A DNA stretch of 64,000 nt from Roseibacillus sp. Its GTDB lineage: Bacteria; Verrucomicrobiota; Verrucomicrobiia; Verrucomicrobiales; Akkermansiaceae. The notes beneath the pieces are model-generated. The model saw only the letters and a list, made by a program, of their open reading frames with translations. It was not told where the DNA came from and made no database searches. Shown here one piece after another: positions 1-8,144 of this stretch. Made by a program: the position numbers and the translations under genes. Positions within the stretch are counted from its first letter, which is position 1, and each line of letters begins with the position of its first letter. The DNA is taken from assembly GCA_051251855.1 (NCBI GenBank), contig JBPOGI010000007.1, positions 198,863-262,862 on the forward strand, in the 5' to 3' direction.

Positions 1-318
1 CCAATCGATGGTGCTCTCGCCATCGGCGTGGGGATCTTGCTCATAATGTTCTATGGCCGCAATAAACCAAGGCCAGCACTTGATGGGATTGAGAATGAAG
101 AGGACGGCTCTTCTCTTGTTAGAGTTGATAGCCCTCCGCCAGAGACACTCCCTCATTCCGAGGAGAAGCAGGAAGCAGTTCGAGAAGAATACATCAGTCT
201 CGAGGAGCAAATTCAGAGAGAACCCGGATTTCAAAGTTGGCTCGAATCTCATCCCGATCTTGTTCACCGGGATGTCGTTGACCAAATCGCTTTATTCCGC
301 GACTTCCAGTCCTGCTAA
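1..318 (+). CDS. 3' end of a CDS entering from upstream of the window (hypothetical; hydrophobic segment then acidic tail)
   Basis: Frame 1 is open from base 1 (PIDGALAIGVGILLIMFYGR...) to TAA at 316-318. No family motif recognised. Confidence 0.35.
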   Translation, partial: PIDGALAIGVGILLIMFYGRNKPRPALDGIENEEDGSSLVRVDSPPPETLPHSEEKQEAVREEYISLEEQIQREPGFQSWLESHPDLVHRDVVDQIALFRDFQSC

Positions 319-355
319 TAGGACAAGTGCCGCGAAGTATCTGCTTCCATAGCAC

Positions 356-2224
356 TTAGGGCAACGCGACCACCACAATGCCATTCATGAGAGGATTGTT
401 CGCTGAAGCGGCAACATCGATGTTGAGAATCCCGTCGCTCACCGAAATGGTGGCACTGTTTGTGTAGGCAACCCACTTCCCCCCTTCCTCAACAAGATCA
501 AGGTCGTCGATCACAAGAGCACCTTCCACCGAGACATCAAAGACCCGAGCCCCCGAGGTCTCCCAGAAAGTTTCCGCGAATTGCAGTTGCACGAGGTAGC
601 TGCCATTGGGCACGGGAACGGAATACCCCGTGAAGGTATTATCTGCCGAGCGAGCCGAATTGTAGAGCAGATCATCGTTCGTTCGGGCAACAGGATTGCC
701 GGGAAAGTTATCCACGCCCCCGCCGTTGAAAGATTGGTCCGCAAAATAGGAAATCCCCGTATCAGCTGCATAGACACCCCCTCCACAATTGATCGCGATT
801 GAGACCGCAGCCGAATCAACAACCTCCACCGTGTGTAGGGCAGTCGCCGAACTCCCCCCACCCGTTGCGGTAAGCTGAAGCTGATAGGTCCCCGTCGCGG
901 AAAAGGTCGCGGTCGTCTGGGCCGAAGAAGCTGAATCAAACATGACGGCCCCGGGACCACTCAGTTGAGTCCAAGTTTGACCAGTCGCATCGGTAACGAC
1001 CCCTTCCAGCCACGCACTCCCCGCTAAAGTAACCAATGCATCACCAGATGCCAGAGCAGTGGGAACCGCTGGAGGAAGACCAGACGACACCTCTAAGCGG
1101 GTAAACCATCGCGAAGAATTTCCATCAGGAAGCACGCGGAGAGTCACTCTTTCACTCTCGTTGTCGCCAAAGGGTACAGAGCCAATCATTTCCACGAGAG
1201 AGGCTTCAGTTCTCCAATCACCTCCCTTCAAACCATCCTGCTGCTGAAGAGCAAAGCGATTATTACGCGCCACATAATCGAAGCCTGCCTGTCCTACTCC
1301 CCCTGACCATTGTCGATAGGAAATCTGAAAGTCTGCCTCCACTGAGAGACACTCAAATTGAAACCACTCCGGCGAGTTCCCATAGTCACGAGCGAGATAG
1401 CGCACAATCCGGCGCAGAATCTCTTCATTATCCCTCTTTGTGATGTCGGAACCATCTCCACCATTCCAAATCGGCTGTCGGTCAAAGAGAGCCATCACAT
1501 TTCCCTCCTCTACCTCTGCCAACCCAATCGCCGCCCAAATCGGATTAACTATCGTGACGCCCACGGGATCGATGGCGAGGTTTCCATTAGAAACACGATT
1601 AGCCGCCCCCAGAGAAATGAGCGCCATCGCTGGGCCATTCGGCTCAATCGCGACAGGTGAAACGCCTTCGCCCTCAAAAACCGGTTGATCCCAGATTATG
1701 GGGTTCGACGAATCCGCGTCCGGCTCATAGGCCCGCGTTCCTCCCGCCTGATCAACGGCAACCTCCATGCCATAGTTTGCCAAAATCGAATTCACCGCTG
1801 CTTGTCCCGTCTGGTTCTTAATTCCCACTCCCGGACTACCGAAAAACCCACCCGCTGCCGAATCTGAATACATCAGAATCCCCCCGCCCGCTTTAATCCA
1901 ATCATCGAGGGCAGCTTGCTCCCCCACCGACCAAATCTTCTGATGAAGTCCAAAAATCACGACATCAAACGAGGCCAGAAAACCCGCGTTTAAAGTCGTA
2001 GCCTGATCATAATGCTGCGAAATCGAATAGCCCTGCGCCTCCACCAGAGACTTGAACTGCGAAAGTCCGGTATCACCCGTATCGGTGAGCAACATCTGGT
2101 CATAAGGAGCATTTTGGCCCGAAGGAACATCTCCATTCCCAGCAACATCACCATAGATGTAAGCGACAGATTTAGCCCCCTGAAGAGTGGAGAGGCCTAG
2201 AAGGAGGAGAAATAGGATTTTCAT
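356..2224 (-). CDS. Secreted multidomain protein with C-terminal malectin-like carbohydrate-binding domain
   Basis: ORF 356-2362 trimmed to the internal ATG at 2224, which gives signal peptide MKILFLLLLGLSTLQGA. The C-terminal ~170 aa follow the malectin pattern (YFADQSFNGG, LYNSAR, YLVQLQFAE, RVFDVSVEG). A PKD/Ig-like segment precedes it (TWTQLSGPG...TFSATGTYQLQLTATGG). The N-terminal half weakly resembles a ThuA/GATase1-like fold. Confidence 0.7.
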   Translation of the reverse strand: MKILFLLLLGLSTLQGAKSVAYIYGDVAGNGDVPSGQNAPYDQMLLTDTGDTGLSQFKSLVEAQGYSISQHYDQATTLNAGFLASFDVVIFGLHQKIWSVGEQAALDDWIKAGGGILMYSDSAAGGFFGSPGVGIKNQTGQAAVNSILANYGMEVAVDQAGGTRAYEPDADSSNPIIWDQPVFEGEGVSPVAIEPNGPAMALISLGAANRVSNGNLAIDPVGVTIVNPIWAAIGLAEVEEGNVMALFDRQPIWNGGDGSDITKRDNEEILRRIVRYLARDYGNSPEWFQFECLSVEADFQISYRQWSGGVGQAGFDYVARNNRFALQQQDGLKGGDWRTEASLVEMIGSVPFGDNESERVTLRVLPDGNSSRWFTRLEVSSGLPPAVPTALASGDALVTLAGSAWLEGVVTDATGQTWTQLSGPGAVMFDSASSAQTTATFSATGTYQLQLTATGGGSSATALHTVEVVDSAAVSIAINCGGGVYAADTGISYFADQSFNGGGVDNFPGNPVARTNDDLLYNSARSADNTFTGYSVPVPNGSYLVQLQFAETFWETSGARVFDVSVEGALVIDDLDLVEEGGKWVAYTNSATISVSDGILNIDVAASANNPLMNGIVVVALP

Positions 2225-2426
2225 AAGACGAAAGGACACTGAATGAGACAGAAGGAGAGCGCTACCTGTGAATTCTACTAGCTCCCGCCAAATAGGCTCA
2301 TTTGCGGCCCTAAAATCCCGAATCCAGCCTCTAAAAACTTCCCCATCAATCTTGACTCCCACGTTCTCTCATGATTAATCCTCTCCCCCGCGGCGTCGGT
2401 AACGTCGCAATCCACCTCGGACTCCC

Positions 2427-2738
2427 ATGAAAAAAGAAATTCATCCCGATTATCATCCGGTCGTCTTCCACGATATGACCACCGGCAAGCGCTTCTTTAC
2501 CCGTTCGACTGTCAAGACGGACAAAACCGAAGAAATCGACGGCGTCGAGTACTTCGTCGTTTCTATGGGTATCACCTCTGACTCCCACCCGTTCTTCACT
2601 GGCAAAGCCCAGTTTGTCGACACCGAGGGTCGTATCGACAAGTTTCAAAAGCGCTTTGGAACCACTCGCCGTGCGTCCAAGCCCAAGCTTGCCGCCAAGG
2701 TCGAGGAAGCTGCACCCGCAGCCACCGAGGAAGCCTAA
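2427..2738 (+). CDS. rpmE: 50S ribosomal protein L31, type B (no Cys zinc motif), with Ala/Glu/Lys-rich C-terminal extension
   Basis: MKKEIHPDYHPVVF...SDSHPFFTGK...DTEGRIDKFQKRFG is the canonical L31 signature. No CxxC pairs are present. Confidence 0.9.
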   Translation: MKKEIHPDYHPVVFHDMTTGKRFFTRSTVKTDKTEEIDGVEYFVVSMGITSDSHPFFTGKAQFVDTEGRIDKFQKRFGTTRRASKPKLAAKVEEAAPAATEEA

Positions 2739-2763
2739 GCTCCCTCCCCCTTATTCTTTTTCT

Positions 2764-2795
2764 AAAAAGCAGAGCCTCAACGCTCTGCTTTTTTT
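2764..2795 (+). terminator. Rho-independent terminator after rpmE
   Basis: Stem AGCAGAGC (2768-2775) pairs with GCTCTGCT (2782-2789) across a 6-nt loop. A T-run follows at 2789-2795. Confidence 0.7.
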
Positions 2796-2961
2796 GTGCC
2801 CAAAATAGAACAGTTCATCCACCGCGGCCTCATTTTCAGAGGTTTCCATTGATCCAAAAAAGGGAGAACTTTTCCACGGATCTGAAACCCGTGTTAAGTT
2901 CTCCCCTCAGGAATAGAACGGTCCGTTCGTTGAGCCCCCTTAGACAGAGCTCACGAAAGAA

Positions 2962-4719
2962 CTAGAACGAAAACCCACCAGTAACACCAACATAGTGGCT
3001 TTGAGCAAGGTCACCGAGACGGGCTTCGTAGTCCACCCCGACACGGAATCCATTGTCGCCATAGAAGAAGACTCCGGCACCGAGCACAGCCAAATCTTCA
3101 TCAACAGTTCCTAGATTGAGACCCGCAATGTCCGAGCCATCGGCCTCGAACTCATGTTCCCAAGCCGCACGCAATTGAGGGACAACCACTCCACCTGCCA
3201 CTGGCATAGGGTAGGAAGCTTGGTAACCCAATTGAGTCGCCACTGACTTGTAATCAACATCAGGGAAAGCAGTTCCCCCATTTTCAGTATAGGCATCAAT
3301 CTCGCCGTCGAGATAGCGGAACTGAACTACCGGGCCATGGACGAGTTGTCCGCTCTGGTAATTGAGGCCGCTGTTCAGCTCCAGCAGATAAGAATTTCCC
3401 TCTGTGTCCCCATTAATTCCACCTGCTCGGGAGGTTTCGTAGTCGTGGAATCCGAAACTGAAGAGCGCATCGGCGTATAAATCAGCAGCACCCAGCGCAT
3501 TGCGCTTATAGTAGGAGAGATACGGAGTGAGAGAAAAACCATCGATATCGATATCACTTACTCCAGACGCATCTGCCTCTGATGTAGCAGCTCCAAAGGC
3601 CAATCCAATGTTGAACTCAGGACTGAGATCATAGTCGATTCCGATACTTCCACCGAAAGTCTGTAGGTTTGTGCCAGGATTAAAGACCACTGGAGTTGTT
3701 CCCACGACGCCCTCCTGCCGATCCTGCTCTTCAGAGAAATAGTAAACCTGACCCCATACTTCCCAAGGACGGGTGTATTCTGTCGTTACAGGAGTAAAGG
3801 CCTGCTTAGCGAGACCTCCTTTGGCTCCAGCAGAATGAGTCGATGGACCCTGCACAACTCGGGTAATAGTCTCGTTGAGCCTGCTAGAACGCATTCTATA
3901 GAGACGAGCGCCCACATCGTTGGTCATGGAACGCGAGAGAGCGATGGAACTCGAGCGCAAAGAAGTCAGGAGCGCGCGCCGATTTACATCCTCCATGATC
4001 ACCGTCAAAATCACCTCGTCAAAGAGTTCGGCCAGAATGGCCGGAATCTCGTCCTCGATACTGGAAAGGTCACTGATGTCTTCAAGAACACCGCCAGGCA
4101 CACTGGTAATGCTTCCTCCCTCTTCGCCGCAACTCAGGGTCGCGGACGTAATGGCAGTCGCCTGTCCTGTGGAATCGAGACTACTCAAATCAAGCGCAAC
4201 CACTTGAACACAATTATCATTTAAAGCCTGGAGAGTAGCGTCGAGGGTTGTTCCGTCGCTGGCAGGATCGAGACCGGGAGCATCTCCAAACCAGAAAATA
4301 AAGCGGCGAGAATCACTACGCCAAGGGGTGTTTTCTGCAACCTCCCTGAGACCAAAAAGGTTATCCTCGGGAAAGTCTCCTCCTCCGTTTGCGGACCAAA
4401 GATCAATCCCGCTACTCACGACACTAGTATCCGAAGTCAAGATAGGACTTCCGGCATCAGTCACGTTATAACGAAAGCCGAAAGCGTCAGAATTACCATC
4501 GCGATACTCCCCAACCCCGAATTCCACTGCACCGCGTTCGGAGAGAGATGAGAGAATAGCATTACTTGAACTCTGAACGCCGCTGATGAGGCCACCCATA
4601 CTTCCCGTAGTATCGGAAAGAAAGACGACATCTAAAGGTTGTTGGCCCATCAATTGACAAACTGAGAGACTGAGACTGCAGAGAGAGGCTGCTTTGAAGC
4701 CTGGAATGGTACTTTTCAT
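2962..4719 (-). CDS. Outer-membrane autotransporter-type protein with vWA passenger domain
   Basis: Signal peptide, then a vWA start with MIDAS-like motif (VVFLSDTTGSMGG). The C-terminal ~280 aa look like an autotransporter beta-domain (LTPYLSYY, LRAAWEHEF, terminal GVTGGFSF). Confidence 0.75.
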   Translation of the reverse strand: MKSTIPGFKAASLCSLSLSVCQLMGQQPLDVVFLSDTTGSMGGLISGVQSSSNAILSSLSERGAVEFGVGEYRDGNSDAFGFRYNVTDAGSPILTSDTSVVSSGIDLWSANGGGDFPEDNLFGLREVAENTPWRSDSRRFIFWFGDAPGLDPASDGTTLDATLQALNDNCVQVVALDLSSLDSTGQATAITSATLSCGEEGGSITSVPGGVLEDISDLSSIEDEIPAILAELFDEVILTVIMEDVNRRALLTSLRSSSIALSRSMTNDVGARLYRMRSSRLNETITRVVQGPSTHSAGAKGGLAKQAFTPVTTEYTRPWEVWGQVYYFSEEQDRQEGVVGTTPVVFNPGTNLQTFGGSIGIDYDLSPEFNIGLAFGAATSEADASGVSDIDIDGFSLTPYLSYYKRNALGAADLYADALFSFGFHDYETSRAGGINGDTEGNSYLLELNSGLNYQSGQLVHGPVVQFRYLDGEIDAYTENGGTAFPDVDYKSVATQLGYQASYPMPVAGGVVVPQLRAAWEHEFEADGSDIAGLNLGTVDEDLAVLGAGVFFYGDNGFRVGVDYEARLGDLAQSHYVGVTGGFSF

Positions 4720-5329
4720 AAGTTGTTGTTGTTGTGTGTTCTTTCTCTCCTTATGGAAAAATCGAGCTCAAGAATGAAACGTATTACACAACCAAAAGTC
4801 AATATATAAACAGATCCCAAAGAACACAAAGCGTCTGCTGTGAACAGGAACCCTCAAAATAAATTAGATGAAATTAACCATCATACTCTTAAAAGTATAT
4901 TTTGAGAACATCGCCCTACCCGATTGAGACTATAAAATAGAAACTCATCACTAAAAGAGAAGGAGCCATCAGGAACTCCAACAAAGATTCCTAACATCCC
5001 CACGACACTTCATCGGTTCAGATGACAGAGAGAGTCATCCCTTCTGTCAGTTCATGCACACTTTAAACTTTCCCTAACAAAATCACGCCCCCAGCTTTGG
5101 CTCCCTTGGAAAGGGAACTTCCAGTCTCAAACATTTGCGAACTCGTCGTCCAACTCATGAGCGATGCCGAGGTAGAGCTGGCTATCCGACACGCGAGCTT
5201 CCCTGACAACCTCGTCACGATCGCCAACACCAACGAGGCAACAGGACTCCCCATCGACCATCCTCCTCGCTAGCCTTTTGGCTAGAACATTTCTCTTTCA
5301 CAGACGGGTAAAGCAACTCAACGTTTGGC

Positions 5330-7870
5330 ATGCGCGCGCTCTTTCTTTGCCTTCTCACCGCCATTCCTGCAGTAGCGGAAAAGACTATCGACCTCGTCGA
5401 ATACGGTCGCGAAGTCTTTCACACCGTCGGATGCGCCGAATGCCACTCCGAGACCAAAGACGACACCTCCATCAAAACCGGGCCAGGCCTCTACGCACTC
5501 TTACAAAAAGACGCACGTAAGCGAGACGTCCTCGCTGGAGGCGAACAACATCGCCAGACCATCAAAGCAGACCTCAAATACCTACAGCAGTCTCTTCGCA
5601 ATCCTAATGCCGACCTCGCCATCGCCGAACAAGGACCCAGAAAAGGAGAAGCCTACCTTCCCGTCATGCCTCCTTATAACAAAGACTTCCTCTCCGACTT
5701 TAAGGTCAATGCTATCTACCAATACCTCCTCACACTCAACGACGAAGAAAACCGAGGACCAGCCAAGCTCATCACCGAAGACAAATCAGGATCGGCCCTC
5801 ACCAACGTCCTCGACGACCCCAACGAAATCCTCGTCACCGACCGCACCCGCATTTATCGCACCCGCATCAAAGGTCAATCTGCCCGCGCCGTCTACGTCG
5901 GCACCCCCAGCGGATTCAACTACGCCTTCGACCCCGTATCCCTCTCCATCGAGCGCATCTGGTGGGGCGGCTTCCTCAACATCGCCGGCAGCCTCGACGG
6001 ACGCGGCCAAAAGCCCTCCCGACTTGGCCACAACGCCCTAGAAATCGAACTCCAAGCTCCCCTCATCGCCCCCATAGATCCTCAGACAGGCAAAGCTCTC
6101 GACCTCTCCTTCAAGTCACCACGCATGGACGACTTCGCCACCATTGGCAAGACCCTCAACAGTAACAAAGACTTTGCCGATCAACTCGCCCAAGCTGGAG
6201 GCTCTTTCCTCGGCTACGAACAAGCCGAAATCCCCACCTTCTTCTTCCGAGTGGGCAAGAACACCTTCCAGCTCCAATTCACCGTCGATGAAAGCGGGCA
6301 AGCCAAATTCAGCCTCAAGGGCAAACTCACCACTCCCCAAACCTTCCGGCTCGCGCCCCTCATTAAGGGAAAAAACCAAGACTGGACCATCTCCTCCCTG
6401 CCAGCCGAGCTCACTTTTCAAGTGCCGGTCAAACCCGCTTGGCAACCCACCGAAGCCCAACAAGCGCCCGCAGAACAACCTGTGCGCCTGACTCCCGCCA
6501 AATCTGTTAATCTCCCCTCAGGCTACCTCGCCGAACAAATTGCCGCCCCCACAGACGTCAACGGGCGCGACCAAATGTTCGAACCCCTCGGAATGGTCAA
6601 CGGAAAAGACGGCTCCCTCATCATCGCCACTCGTACCGCCGGCATCTGGAAACTTCACAACCAAAAGTGGACCCAAATCGCGGAAGGCTTTCAGGACTGC
6701 CTCGGAATTCTCGAAGAAGAAGACGGCTCCCTCATCATCACTCAAAAACCCGAACTCACCCGCCTACGTGACCTTGACGGCGACGGGTGGTTTGACCGCT
6801 ACGAAACCCTCAGCGAAGCCTTCCTCACCAGCTCCAACTACCACGTATACCTCCACGGACCCGCAAAAGGCTCCGACGGCAACTACTACGTGGCCCTCAA
6901 CCTCGCTCATCACAATAAAAAGGAAGCCATCTACAAAGCAGGTGGCAAATACATGGGCGCCGAAGGCGGCTATCGAGGCTGGGCCTTGCAAGTCACTCCA
7001 GATGGAAAGACCAACCCCTTCGCCAGCGGACTGCGTAGCCCCGCCGGACTCGCTACCGGTCCTGACGGCCAACTCTACTACACCGAAAACCAAGGCGAAT
7101 ACGTCGGAACCTCCAAACTCTTCTTGTTAGAGAAGGACAAATTCTACGGCCACCCTTCCGGCCTCGTCGATCTCCCCAGCATGAACCCCGACTCCCGAAA
7201 AATCCGATGGGATCGAGTCAAAGACACCAAAGAAAAAGCCCTCGCCCTCATGCCTCATTCTCGGCTCGCAAACGCCCCCGGCAGCCCTGCTTGGAAGCCC
7301 GAAGCGCCGGCCAACGCAATGTGGGTCGGCGACCAAACCCTCTCCACCCTTTTTCAAATCAAGATTAAACCCAATCACGAGGCAGTCCTTATCCCCTTCG
7401 CCGACGGCTTCCCCTCCGGAGTAATGCGCCTCGCATTCGCCGACGGCAATCAACTCTATGTCGGCCAAACTGGACGCGGCTGGCGCGCCAAAGGAGGAAG
7501 CGAACACGCCCTCGTTATCATCAAACGCACCTCCGACCCTCTTCCCAACGAATTGCAAGACATCACCCGCAAGGGAAGCCAATTCACCCTTCACTTCACC
7601 CAAGCTCTATACAAACAACCCACCCCAGAGCAAATCACCCTCGAATCCTGGACCTACCTCGACTCACCCAACTACGGCTCCCCCGAGAACGACAAGACGA
7701 CTCACAAAGTCACCTCCATTGAGCAAGGCTCAGACACCAAGACTCTCACCCTCACTATCGAGTCCATCCCCGAAGACGACAAAAACCGCGCCTTCCACTT
7801 CCTATCCAAAGACCTTCCCCCCACCAAAGGCGACCTTTGCGAAGCCTTCTTCTCCATCGTAGGTCAATAG
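5330..7870 (+). CDS. Secreted c-type cytochrome domain fused to a sugar-dehydrogenase-like beta-propeller protein
   Basis: Signal peptide MRALFLCLLTAIPAVA. Single heme motif GCAECH followed by MPPY. The central and C-terminal region has propeller-like blades (DGSLIIATR, DGSLIITQ, DLDGDGWFD, GPDGQLYYTENQGEY, FYGHPSG), as in soluble glucose/sorbosone dehydrogenase-like proteins. Confidence 0.65.
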   Translation: MRALFLCLLTAIPAVAEKTIDLVEYGREVFHTVGCAECHSETKDDTSIKTGPGLYALLQKDARKRDVLAGGEQHRQTIKADLKYLQQSLRNPNADLAIAEQGPRKGEAYLPVMPPYNKDFLSDFKVNAIYQYLLTLNDEENRGPAKLITEDKSGSALTNVLDDPNEILVTDRTRIYRTRIKGQSARAVYVGTPSGFNYAFDPVSLSIERIWWGGFLNIAGSLDGRGQKPSRLGHNALEIELQAPLIAPIDPQTGKALDLSFKSPRMDDFATIGKTLNSNKDFADQLAQAGGSFLGYEQAEIPTFFFRVGKNTFQLQFTVDESGQAKFSLKGKLTTPQTFRLAPLIKGKNQDWTISSLPAELTFQVPVKPAWQPTEAQQAPAEQPVRLTPAKSVNLPSGYLAEQIAAPTDVNGRDQMFEPLGMVNGKDGSLIIATRTAGIWKLHNQKWTQIAEGFQDCLGILEEEDGSLIITQKPELTRLRDLDGDGWFDRYETLSEAFLTSSNYHVYLHGPAKGSDGNYYVALNLAHHNKKEAIYKAGGKYMGAEGGYRGWALQVTPDGKTNPFASGLRSPAGLATGPDGQLYYTENQGEYVGTSKLFLLEKDKFYGHPSGLVDLPSMNPDSRKIRWDRVKDTKEKALALMPHSRLANAPGSPAWKPEAPANAMWVGDQTLSTLFQIKIKPNHEAVLIPFADGFPSGVMRLAFADGNQLYVGQTGRGWRAKGGSEHALVIIKRTSDPLPNELQDITRKGSQFTLHFTQALYKQPTPEQITLESWTYLDSPNYGSPENDKTTHKVTSIEQGSDTKTLTLTIESIPEDDKNRAFHFLSKDLPPTKGDLCEAFFSIVGQ

Positions 7871-8144
7871 CAGCCCATCTAGCACACCAACCTCCCTTCT
7901 TATTCAGCTAGGCAGAGAAATGGGTGAGCGGTCTTTTCAAGCCGCCACCCTATCACCCAGAAAGTTAAGGGTAGGCCTGCTCTCCTCAAAATCAGCTATT
8001 TCTGTGGTGATTCGTTCATTTTCCTCGAAACAGAATCCTCACTCTGCGGCTTAAAAAGCCACGCTCCTATTTCAAGGCCCAAGTCTAACGGCTCCTTATC
8101 ATTCTAGCTCTGGCGAACGACACTCACAGTTCGGGACATATCAG

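Noticed and set aside
5063-5254. 63-aa minus-strand ORF and a ~39-62-aa + strand ORF (about 5067-5276) in the gap upstream of the cytochrome c gene
   Set aside because: Both are short, have no motifs or signal peptide and no convincing start context, and they overlap each other. Neither strand can be supported as coding.
5607-7862. Multiple 60-200-aa ORFs in other frames and on the opposite strand within the cytochrome c/propeller gene (e.g. 5607-6041, 6144-6491, 6540-7130, 7127-7603, 7458-7862)
   Set aside because: Their products are low-complexity Pro/Ser/Thr/Arg-rich sequences, typical of frame shadows. The cause is strong C-over-G bias on the coding strand, which depletes stop codons. 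The 846-aa frame carries the real motifs.
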